A DNA stretch of 64,000 bases, taken from NCBI GenBank assembly GCA_965112735.1, contig OZ218951.1:1-64000 (forward strand), in the 5' to 3' direction. The DNA is from Phaeosaccion multiseriatum (lineage: Eukaryota > Protista > Ochrophyta, other classes). The notes beneath the pieces are model-generated. The model was not told where the DNA came from and ran no database searches. It saw nothing but the letters and a program-made list of their open reading frames with translations. This document shows, in pieces, positions 12,901 through 24,500 of this stretch (position 1 is its first letter; each line of letters opens with the position of its first letter). The translations under genes and the position numbers were made by a program.

Positions 12901-15900
12901 AGGCCTCGGACGAAGTGGTTCTCCACTGGTTCTCGAGTCCTGAGGCCTCGGACGAAGTGGTTCTCCACTGGTTCTCGAGTCCTGAGGCCTCGGACGAAGT
13001 GGTTCTCCACTGGTTCTCGAGTCCTGAGGCCTCGGACGAAGTGGTTCTCCGCTGGTTCTCGAGTCCTAAGGCCTCGGACGCAGTGGTTCTCCACTGGTTC
13101 TCGAGTCCTAAGGCCTCGGACGAAGTGGTTCTCCACTGGTTCTCGAGTCCTGAGGCCTCGGACGAAGTGGTTCTCCACTGGTTCTCGAGTCCTGAGGCCT
13201 CGGACGAAGTGGTTCTCCACTGGTTCTCGAGTCCTGAGGCCTCGGACGAAGTGGTTCTCCACTGGTTCTCGAGTCCTGAGGCCTCGGACGAAGTGGTTCT
13301 CCACTGGTTCTCGAGTCCTGAGGCCTCGGACGAAGTGGTTCTCAAGTGGTTCTCGAGTCCTGAGGCCTCGGACGAAGTGGTTCTCCACTGGTTCTCGACT
13401 CCTGAGGCCTCGGACGAAGTGGTTCTCCACTGGTTCTCGACTCCTGAGGCCTCGAAGGAAGTGGTTCTCCACTGGTTCTCGACTCCTGAGGCCTCGGACG
13501 AAGTGGTTCTCCACTGGTTCTCGACTCCTGAGGCCGCGGACGAAGTGGTTCTCAAGTGGTTCTCGAGTCCTGAGGCCTAGGACGAAGTGGTTCTCCACTG
13601 GTTCTCGAGTCCTGAGGCCTCGGACGAAGTGGTTCTCCACTGGTTCTCGAGTCCTAAGGCCTCGGACGAAGTGGTTCTCCACTGGTTCTCGAGTCCTGAG
13701 GCCTCGGACGAAGTGGTTCTCCACTGGTTCTCGAGTCCTCAGGCCTCGGACGAAGTGGTTCTCCACTGGTTCTCGAGTCCTGAGGCCTCGGACGAAGTGG
13801 TTCTCCACTGGTTCTCGAGTCCTAAGGCCTCGGACGAACTGGTTCTCCACTGGTTCCCGAGTCCTGAGGCCTCGGACGAAGTGGTTCTCCACTGGTTCTC
13901 GAGTCCTGAGGCCTCGGACGAAGTGGTTCTCCACTGGTTCTCGAGTCCTGAGGCCTCGGACGAAGTGGTTCTCCACTGGTTCTCGAGTCCTGAGGCCTCG
14001 GACGAAGTGGTTCTCCACTGGTTCTCGAGTCCTGAGGCCTCGGACGAAGTGGTTCTCCACTGGTTCTCGAGTCCTGAGGCCTCGGACGAAGTGGTTCTCC
14101 GCTGGTTCTCGAGTCCTAAGGCCTCGGACGCAGTGGTTCTCCACTGGTTCTCGAGTCCTAAGGCCTCGGACGAAGTGGTTCTCCACTGGTTCTCGAGTCC
14201 TGAGGCCTCGGACGAAGTGGTTCTCCACTGGTTCTCGACTCCTGAGGCCGCAGACGAAGTGGTTCTCCACTGGTTCTCGAGTCCTGAGGCCTCGAAGGAA
14301 GTGGTTCTCCACTGGTTCTCGACTCCTGAGGCCTCGGACGAAGTGGTTCTCCACTGGTTCTCGAGTCCTGAGGCCTCGGACGAAGTGGTTCTCCACTGGT
14401 TCTCGAGTCCTGAGGCCTCGGACGAAGTGGTTCTCCACTGGTTCTCGAGTCCTGAGGCCTCGGACGAAGTGGTTCTCAAGTGGTTCTCGAGTCCTGAGGC
14501 CTCGGACGAAGTGGTTCCCCACTGGTTCTCGAGTCCTGAGGCCGCGGACGAAGTGGTTCTCCACTGGTTCTCGAGTCCTGAGGCCTCGGACGAAGTGGTT
14601 CTCAAGTGGTTCTCGAGTCCTGAGGCCTCGGACGAAGTGGTTCTCAAGTGGTTCTCGAGTCCTGAGGCCTCGGACGAAGTGGTTCCCCACTGGTTCTCGA
14701 GTCCTAAGGCCTCGGACGAATTGCTTCTCAAGTGGTTCTCGAGTCCTCAGGCCTCGGACGAAGTGGTTCTCCACTGGTTCTCGAGTCCTGAGGCCTCGGA
14801 CGAAGTGGTTCTCCACTGGTTCTCGAGTCCTGAGGCCTCGGACGAAGTGGTTCTCCACTGGTTCTCGAGTCCTGAGGGGAGTCCTAAGGCCTCGGACGAA
14901 GTGGTTCTCCACTGGTTCTCGAGTCCTGAGGCCTCGGACGAAGTGGTTCTCCACTGGTTCTCGAGTCCTGAGGGGAGTCCTAAGGCCTCGGACGAAGTGG
15001 TTCTCCACTGGTTCTCGAGTCCTGAGGCCTCGGACGAAGTGGTTCTCCACTGGTTCTCGAGTCCTGAGGCCTCGGACGAAGTGGTTCTCCACTGGTTCTC
15101 GAGTCCTGAGGCCTCGGACGAAGTGGTTCTCCACTGGTTCTCGAGTCCTGAGGCCTCGGACGAAGTGGTTCTCCACTGGTTCTCGAGTCCTAAGGCCTCG
15201 GACGCAGTGGTTCTCCACTGGTTCTCGAGTCCTAAGGCCTCGGACGAAGTGGTTCTCCACTGGTTCTCGAGTCCTGAGGCCTCGGACGAAGTGGTTCTCC
15301 ACTGGTTCTCGACTCCTGAGGCCTCGGACGAAGTGGTTCTCAAGTGGTTCTCGAGTCCTGAGGCCTTGGACGAAGTGGTTCTCCACTGGTTCTCGAGTCC
15401 TGAGGCCTCAGAAGAAGTGGTTCTCAAGTGGTTCTCGAGTCCTGAGGCCGCGGACGAAGTGGTTCTCAACTGGTTCTCGAGTCCTGAGGCCTCGGACGAA
15501 GTGGTTCCCCACTGGTTCTCGAGTCCTGAGGCCGCGGACGAAGTGGTTCTCCACTGGTTCTCGAGTCCTGAGGCCTCGGACGAAGTGGTTCTCCACTGGT
15601 TCTCGAGTCCTGAGGCCTCGGACGAAGTGGTTCTCAAGTGGTTCTCGAGTCCTGAGGCCTCGGAAGAAGTGGTTCTCCACTGGTTCTCGAGTCCTGAGGC
15701 CTCAGAAGAAGTGGTTCTCAAGTGGTTCTCGAGTCCTGAGGCCGCGGACGAAGTGGTTCTCAAGTGGTTCTCGAGTCCTGAGGCCTCGGAAGAAGTGGTT
15801 CTCAAGTGGTTCTCGAGTCCTGAGGCCTCGGACGAAGTGGTTCTCCACTGGTTCTCGAGTCCTGAGGCCTCGGACGAAGTGGTTCTCAAGTGGTTCTCGA

Positions 15901-17133
15901 GTCCTGAGGCCTCGGACGAAGTGGTTCTCCACTGGTTCTCGAGTCCTGAGGCCTCGGACGAAGTGGTTCTCCACTGGTTCTCGAGTCCTGAGGCCTCGGA
16001 CGAAGTGGTTCTCCACTGGTTCTCGAGTCCTGAGGCCTCGGACGAAGTGGTTCTCCACTGGTTCTCGAGTCCTGAGGCTGCGGACGAAGTGGTTCTCCAC
16101 TGGTTCTCGAGTCCTGAGGCCTCGGACGAAGTGGTTCTCAAGTGGTTCTCGAGTCCTGAGGCCTTGGACGAAGTGGTTCTCCACTGGTTCTCGAGTCCTA
16201 AGGCCGCGGACGAAGTGGTTCTCCACTGGTTCTCGAGTCCTGAGGCCTCGGACGAAGTGGTTCTCAAGTGGTTCTCGAGTCATGAGGCCTCGGACGAAGT
16301 GGTTCTCCACTGGTTCTCGAGTCCTGAGGCCGCGGACGAAGTGGTTCTCCACTGGTTCTCGAGTCCTGAGGCCTCGGACGAAGTGGTTCTCAAGTGGTTC
16401 TCGAGTCCTGAGGCCTCGGACGAAGTGGTTCTCAAGTGGTTCTCGAGTCCTGAGGCCTCGGACAAAGTGGTTCTCCACTGGTTCTCGAGTCCTAAGACCT
16501 CGGACGAAGTGGTTCTCCACTGGTTCTCGAGTCCTGAGGCCGCGGACGAAGTGGTTCTCCACTGGTTCTCGAGTCCTGAGGCCTCGGACGAAGTGGTTCT
16601 CGACTGGGTCTCGAGTCCTGAGGGCTTGGACGAAGTGGTTCTCCACTGGTTTTCGAGTCCTGAGGCCTCGGACGAAGTGGTTCTCCACTGGTTCTCGAGT
16701 CCTGAGGCCGCGGACGAAGTGGTTCTCCACTGGTTCTGGAGTCCTGAGGCCTCGGACGAAGTGGTTCTCCACTGGTTCTCGAGTCCTAAGGCCGCGGACG
16801 AAGTGGTTCTCCACTGGTTCTCGAGTCCTGAGGCCTCGGACGAAGTGGTTCTCAACTGGTCCTCGAGTCATGAGGCCTCGGACGAAGTGGTTCTCCACTG
16901 GTTCTCGAGTCCTGAGGCCGCGGACGAAGTGGTTCTCCACTGGTTCTCGAGTCCTGAGGCCTCGGACGAAGTGGTTCTCAAGTGGTTCTCGAGTCCTGAG
17001 GCCTCGGACGAAGTGGTTCTCAAGTGGTTCTCGAGTCCTGAGGCCTCGGACAAAGTGGTTCTCCACTGGTTCTCGAGTCCTGAGGCCGCGGACGAAGTGG
17101 TTCTCCACTGGTTCTCGAGTCCTGAGGCCTCGG
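9912..17133. repeat. 42-bp subtelomeric satellite, proximal block (~170 copies)
   Basis: Same 42-bp unit and orientation as the distal block; ends at ...cctgaggcctcgg near 17133. Confidence 0.97.
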
Positions 17134-17325
17134 CCTAATTCTCTCTTTGAGCTACTTTCACGAGTGTTACCACTTGTCTAAGCGGCTTAGGTCGCTTTTA
17201 CAACCCCAACTAGGCCACTTCTAACAATCCCCTTCCACAGCCATGCCGCGCTCATGTAGCTCGAGGCTGGAAGGGAAAAGATACAGCCAATGCACTTTCT
17301 TTATTTCTTAGTTACTAGTAAGTAT

Positions 17326-18595
17326 TCATTGATGAAGGGCCTGGTGAGCTCTCATCATGGTCAAGACGAGAGTCGACCCGTTCCAGCTTGAGTTGCTGTG
17401 CCTGGCTTCTTGCGCATTCAGAATCTGCTGGAAGCACCTCTCAGCCCGCGGACTCGGCAGGTAGACGTCGTGTACCGGTGGCATTTCGTCAAAGAAGAGC
17501 CGCAGGAAGTAGCTCAACGCGGGAAGCAAATTCCTCGAGGCGAGAAAGTCTTCTGTAGAGAGGATTCGAGGTCGTGTGCCACCGGCACTCTCGACTGCCA
17601 GTTGGAGCGTCTCTGGTGCAATGGTAAAAGCCTCACACGCAGCGTTGTACACCGTCGGTGCTGTTGGTGTATCGCTGCTGCGCCTGCCAACTCCCGCACT
17701 TGCCACTCCCGGCTGTGTACTGAGCCGGACGATGACCTGCGACACCAAGTCAACCGGAGTGGCGTTCATAGCGTGCGTCACAGCCTCCCCGTGCTTGCTG
17801 GCCTGCACAATCATGGATGTAAACACGTCGCCGCGCATGGGGGCAAATCCTGTGGAGGTGTGCCCTGCGACGAGTGGGACTCTGTACACATTGACGGCCA
17901 GGCCCTCCTGCGCTGCCTGCGTGACGAGCTTCTCTGCTACCCACTGCGGGGTTTTGGGGGGAAACGAGACAAACAGCGAGAAGGTGTGAGCATAGCGTGA
18001 TAAGAGGGTAGACGGACGAGCAAGAGTAAGGCAGCGCTGCCTTTGATCGTACCTTGCTTTGGTAGTACCCGATCTGCTTGCCGAGCGCGCACCCCGAGGC
18101 AGGGGCTGCAGTCATGTCTCCCAAGGGCGCGTCGGCGGGCATCCTCCCGTCCTCGTTGACCATGTCCGGAGTAAGAACAGCTGTTGTGGAAACCATGTGC
18201 AGCGTCTTTAACGAGTTGGTAGCAGCGAAGCTGAGCACATGAAGAGTCCCCAGCACGTTCGGCGCGAACAGCTGTGCATAGCTCTTGGAGTAGCTCAGGA
18301 GAGCGGCCGAGTGGTAAACGAGAGTCACTGTGCTGGCCAGGCGCTGATACACTTCTTTGGAAAGCCCGAGAGTTGGAGAAGTGACGTTCCCCTCGTAGAC
18401 CATCAGCCTCGCTCTTTCCGACTCGCGTAGAGTAAGCTTGGCTTCTTTCAATCCGAACAGAGTGCGCTGCATGGCGTCCTTATCGTCCGAAGCGCGAACG
18501 ATGCAGTGCACAGTCGACTGAGGGTGAGCCTGCAGCAAGTCCACTAGCAGATGCCGCCCTACGAATCCTGTCGCGCCTGTGAGCAGTATGGACTC
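17326..18595 (-). other. Terminal thioester reductase (NAD_binding_4 / SDR) domain
   Basis: ILLTGATGFVG, VHCIVRA, VYHSAA, NVLGT, MVST, catalytic GYYQSKWVAE across the last intron, VYRVP. Confidence 0.92.
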
Positions 18596-21500
18596 TGCTA
18601 CTGGTGTGCTCAACCTTACACCTCCTGCTGATGCCTGCCGCGCCATTTCCCGTATCGTGGCGGCGATATCACTCGGCAGATACGCGTCCACCCAAAGATC
18701 TGGAGCTTCTCTCTTACCCACAAGATCCGCCTCGAACTCTCCGTCAGCGCCGTTGCGACTGTAGGCACTGCGCGACATACGCACCGCGGGCACCCCTTCG
18801 AGCAGCACATCATCCGTCTGCTGGAGCCCGGGACTAATGAGAGTTCCCGGAGACACGCCGCAATCACGGGGAAGAGACGCCGAGGCAGCAACAATGGATC
18901 CTGCCCCTACCGTCACCCTTTGGCCGACCCGAACCTTTTCAAATAGAATACAGCAGGTGGTGCTTTCCTCAACGTGAGCTGGAAGCGCCCTCCCTTCTTC
19001 CACACTTCCAGACACGCTGTAATCAAAGGGTAGAGACGCCGAGTCGCCTGCCCCCACTGTCGCCTTTCGTCCAAGGAGGACCTTCTCAAGCAGACTACAG
19101 CAATTGGTGCTTTCGGCACTGCCAGCTGAAAGCCCCCTCCCTCCATCCACATGCACGACTCGCCGGGCGTCGACCTCGCAGTCCCTATCCACAACGCTTC
19201 CTGCCCCCAAGTGCACCAAATCGAAGGTGGACAGGCCATCCGTTGCAAGCACCACCGCATTTTTGCCCACTTCAGCTCCCATGGCTCGTAACCACAAGGA
19301 GTGCGCTGCAGTGCCAGCGAGGCCGTTGACACCACTCTGTCTGGCTACCTGCGTGAAGCGGGTGCTGAACAAGTCTCTGTGGAACACCACGCCCCCGACG
19401 GCCGCGTAGCAACCTGCGCGAGCTCGGCCAACGACGCCCCACTTGAGCACCACAGCCCACACAATCATAGCCATGTTGAGTGACAAGAGAATCACAGGCG
19501 ACATGACCAGAGCCAGCCACCTACCCACCGCAGTCACAAGCCACTGGGCCAACAGGGTGCTCGCGTACACACTGGTGAATTGAAACAGAAGAATGGCAAC
19601 AGGGGCCACGATGGAGTACAACACGGTTCCCGCACCAGCCCCCCGCGCGAGTCCCCCACCCGCCCGAGGCTCCTGCTGCTGCTCATGCCGCTTGTGGAGC
19701 TTCACTCTTACCACTAGGTGGCCGCTGCGAAGAGTTCTGTGTCGCACCTTCGGATCGTAGGACGTCGATGACGACGCACACGTCAATGGGCCAACCACAG
19801 AGGTGTCGCAAAGCTCAGACCCCGGACACAGACAGGAGCCTGGTGCCGTCACCGCGCACGCTCCAATCCTGATTGTCCCTGTATATCCTTGCGCCCGGGT
19901 GGCGAAGCTCCCCGACGCCACAGAGTGAGGCCCCAGATCTAGCAAAGCAGGGTCCAGCACAGGGGAAGGAGCGCTCATTTTGGCAGTCCAGGCGACGCGA
20001 GCGCCCAGAGAACGAAGCCAGAGGACCATGCCCGGCCCTGCTGAGTGCAGAACCACGTACCGGGGGTACACCAGTCGCATCATCACGTCGACAGCGTGGA
20101 GCTCTTGCCTTGTGACGCTGCGGCCACTACTGCTGACGGCAGCAAGGGCTCCCAGGCATCGTTTCAGAGCGACGCTCATGACGGTCATACAGATGCCCGC
20201 AACTGAATAGGACAAGGCCAGAATCAGCATAGGCTTCGCCAGATACTGCTCCGTCGTCAGCTCCTTCAGCGGCGCGAGAGTGTCCACAAAACCAAGGGCG
20301 ATGGGAAGCAGCGGCACCAGCGCCAGATCGAAGGTGCCGACACATGCAGCCACGAGGTAGCCCACGTCAAGGGAGCGATAGTCCGGCACGTAGCGTCCAA
20401 GCTGAGGTACGTACGTGAAAAGGCCCCACGCTTTACTCATCTCCCCCCAGACAAAGTACGCGGGTATACTCGCGGCCGCCATGCAAACTGCGGCCAGCGC
20501 GAAGCCAACCACAGTCATCATGACGTCTTTCACGGTCGTAGCGGCAGGGTCATTCACACTGGGCCACAGGGAGCTGCTCCCCATTCTATCAGCATTGTCG
20601 TCGCACTGCTTGGCCGGAGAGCCCCCCCACTCTGTGCAAGGGGAAAGGAGCCCACACCGCCCGCTGACCACCGTGGACGGCCGCAAGCGCACCAATTCGC
20701 CCATGGTTGTGCCTCCAAACACCTGAGACGATGCCCCCAACACGCAATCTGCGCCAACGGTGATTTGCCGGAGAAGGAGATGCCGGTCCTCTATCACCGC
20801 AGGCCGAACCCGACAAAACTCCTCCACAGTGGACTGCCGCCCCAAGTGCACCAAGTCGAACTCCGATACCGACACCGAATGCAGGCGACACCCATGCCCA
20901 ATCTTTGCTCCGAGTGCGCGAAGCCACCATGTCCACACCACACTCCCATGCAGCGGCAGTCGCTGCAACGCAAAGTCCGTCACGCGATCCACAAAGAGCC
21001 AGCGGAAGTAGTACCCGCTATTGATGGGATAAGACCCCATCCGGTACCTGCCGATCACCACCCACTTGGTCAGCGTCACCACTGCCATCAGCAGAATAGC
21101 CCACGAGAGGAAAGCGAGAGGTACACAGGCCAGCGCAATCCATCTGCCCCACTTGTCTAGGACAATCGAGTCAAGGACGATGACAGCGGGCAGCGCAGAC
21201 GCGGCGACCAGCAGCGAGCTGTAAACCATCGCCACGATGCCCATGCAGAAGCTGACAATGTCGGAGGAGGACGAGCCAATGTAGTCAGCATCCTTGCCGT
21301 ACAGATCACGGTCACCATCTTCTCTCTCGTCAGCATCCCTGGCGTCCAGAGCACGGTAGCCCTCTCTCCTCTCATCCTCCCGCACAGCAGCGGCTTCGCT
21401 GGTGTCTGCTTTGGCCACCACGTCCACACCTCCATCGTCTTTTAAACGAACGAAAAGCCCCAGTATATGCCGCGCGATATCTGCCGGTGTCGGGTGTTCG

Positions 21501-24500
21501 ATCAAAATCGAAGGCGGTAGACTACAGCCGACCCACGCGGAGAGTCGGTTGACAATCTCCACCAAGGCCAACGAGTCCACACCGGCGTCCATCAGGAGGG
21601 TGGAATCATGAATCAGACCACCTTCGTCTCCAATGCAATGCTCCACAACCCGCTTCACCTTGCTCACGACCATTGCTTGACGCGCCACCGGTGGCAGGTT
21701 CAACAACTCCTCATGTAGCTCCGAATTTCCTTCTCCTGCTTTCAAATCTCCCTTTGCATAGCCCAAAAGCCCTTCGAGCATGGGAACACGCCCACCCCTC
21801 GTGGCCTTCCCATACTTGGCCCAGTCCATCCCAGGCAGGATGGACACATCGCCTAAAGACGCTGAAGAAGCTGACGACATCGCAGCAGCATCTAAGGCAG
21901 CCATACCCAGCTCAGCTGACACCGTGCCCACGCCCGCAAGCTCAAGCTGCTTTTGGACGGCACTGTCGATGTACCAAGGAAATGATCGGCGAGTCGAATA
22001 AAGCTCTAGATGCTCCGGCCCCGCTACTCTGTCCAGGGCTGCTCCAAACGACTCCTCGGAGCTCTTCCCGCGGGTGAGGGAAGATATCCACGACAGCCCC
22101 TCGCGACGCTCGCACTTGGCTCCCATGCTGCTCAGCACAGGGTTGGGGCCCACCTCAACGATGCTCAGGTCAGGCCCCCTCCCGTCTCCCATCCAGTGCT
22201 CCACCAGCGTGTGGATGCCTTCTGCGAACAGCACTGGCGACAGCATGTGTTGCACCCAATACGTCGCCTGCGTCACCTCCTCCGCTCTCACCACCTCACC
22301 CGTCACGTTGGACACCAGGGGAATGCGTGGGGCGCTCAATGACATCTGCTTCAGAACCTCCTCCAGCGCACGTACAGCGGGCTCCATCAGAGGAGAGTGG
22401 AAGGCGTGCGACACCTCCAGGGCCTTGCAGCCCACCCTATCTGCCGTGAGCTTCTCCACCACCTTGTCCACAGCGCTGCGAGCTCCAGAGATCACGCTCG
22501 CGCTCGGTCCATTCGACGACGCCAGCACCACCTCCCCTGCCACCCCCGCAGCGTCGATGCTTGCCAAAGTCGCCTCCTTGCCTGCCCTCACTGCGAACAT
22601 CACTCCTTTGCCCTCGGGGCAGGCCTGCATGGCGGCTCCTCTCTTGGCGGACAGCATCAGCCCGTCCTCCAGCGACATGACGCCGGCCACGCACGCCGCC
22701 ACTACCTCGCCCAGGCTGTGGCCCATCACCATGGACGGCTCCACGCCCTCCGACTTCCACAGCTCACACAGGGCGTACTCCAGCACAAACAGGCATGGCT
22801 GGCAGTAGCATGTCTCCTTCAGCAGCGCTTGTGCAGTCTCCTCCTCCTCTCCCCCGTCCTCAGTGGCGGCAGGGTACATGAGCTCCACCACAGACTTGTC
22901 CAGCCAAGCCCGCTCCATGAGCAGCGTACTGCACCGCTGCACGCACTCGCGGAACACGCCCTCCTTCTCGTACAGCTCCCTGCCCATGCCCACGTACTGC
23001 GAGCCCTGTCCAGTGAACAAGAACGTCACCGGCGATCTCTTCTTGCTTTGCTGCACATCAAGCTGCGGCAAGACCTCACCCCTCTCAACCAACGTTGGTC
23101 CGAAGCTGCTGAGCACTACATGGGCGTTGGCACCACCAGCACCGAAGGAACTGACTGCAGCGATACGTCGCTGCCCGTCCCTGGCACTCAGTGGCACCAT
23201 GGCAGACGGCAAAGTCACCGGAAAGCCATCCAAGCGCAGCTCCGGATTGAGCATCTTCATGTGGAGATTGGGGGGAGCAGATCCGTGCTGAAGGACCAGC
23301 AGAGCTTTGATGAGGCCAGCGATTCCGGACGCACCCTCTAGATGTCCGATATTGGTCTTCACCGCCCCAACCACTAGGGGCCGAGCTTCCTCGCGGCCGT
23401 GGCCATACACGGCTCTCAAAGCACTCATCTCGATGGGGTCGCCGAGAGACGTCCCGGTGCCGTGTGCCTCCACGTAATCAACCTCCAGACCGTTCAAGCC
23501 GGCCTCCGCCAGTGCCTGCTCCATCAGACGCTGCTGAGCAGTAGGGCTCGGGGCAGTGTAGCGCAAACTTCTCCCGTTGTGGTTCGCAGAGCAGCCATTG
23601 ACGACAGCAAGGATGTGGTCCCCATTGGCCTGTGCATCGTCCAGTCGCTTCAGCACCACGGCGCCGCAGCCCTCACCTCGAACATATCCGTTGGCCGCAG
23701 CGTCGAACGTCTTGCAGCGCCTGAAAATGAGGAATTGTGCGTTCGCAACAGTGAAGAACAGATAAGAGGTAGTCTATCAGCAACAGAGGCCTTTCAGACA
23801 GCTTGGGCGTTTTGATCTTGCTCTCATACCGGCCCCCAAGAACAAGCTCCCACCCACACAAACGAGACACGCACTTACCAGTCAAGACTCAGGAAACCAC
23901 CGTCGGCGAGGGTCTCGAACGTTTGTGTACCCAGCAGCAAGTTGACGCCTCCCACCACGGCGATGTCACACTTACCCAGCCGCAAGCTGCTGCAGGCCCC
24001 TTCCAGTGCCACCAAAGACGACGAGCAAGCCGTGTCGACACTTACGCTCGGCCCTCCGAGGCCCAGCACGTAAGACATCCGATTTGCTGGACTCGCATTG
24101 GAGATGCCCATGACGGAGTACACACCTTTGCTCGCATCGTCTACCACTGAGCCCCACTCGCTGCCGGACATACCCACGAACACACCGGTGTTGCTGCCAT
24201 GTAGTGTATCCTTGCGGTAGCCCGCCCTGTGCAGAGCCTCGTACCCCACCTCCAGCATGACGCGCTGATGAGGGTCCATGGCACCCGCCTCGGCCGCCGA
24301 GATGCCGAAGAATGTGTTGTCAAAAGCCTCCACCCCATCAATAAAGCCCCCTTGCCACTGCTTCTGACCCTCATCGGCCCAGCGACCAAGGGGGCTGGCT
24401 CCAATACAGTCTGTCCCTGCACAGAGCATATCCCAGAAGTCCTCCGGGTTCTTCACCCCTCCAGGGAAGCGACAGGCGACACCGACGACTGCCAGTGGCG

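Noticed and set aside
4348-17133. CRISPR-like array of palindromic repeats
   Set aside because: Units are head-to-tail with no unique spacers, no cas genes are present, and the context is eukaryotic.
4366-17181. Very long ORFs (up to 1312 aa) of 14-aa repeats on both strands
   Set aside because: They arise because the 42-bp unit is a multiple of 3 and lacks stops in most frames. Several overlapping frames are open at once, with sporadic stops and no unique domains.
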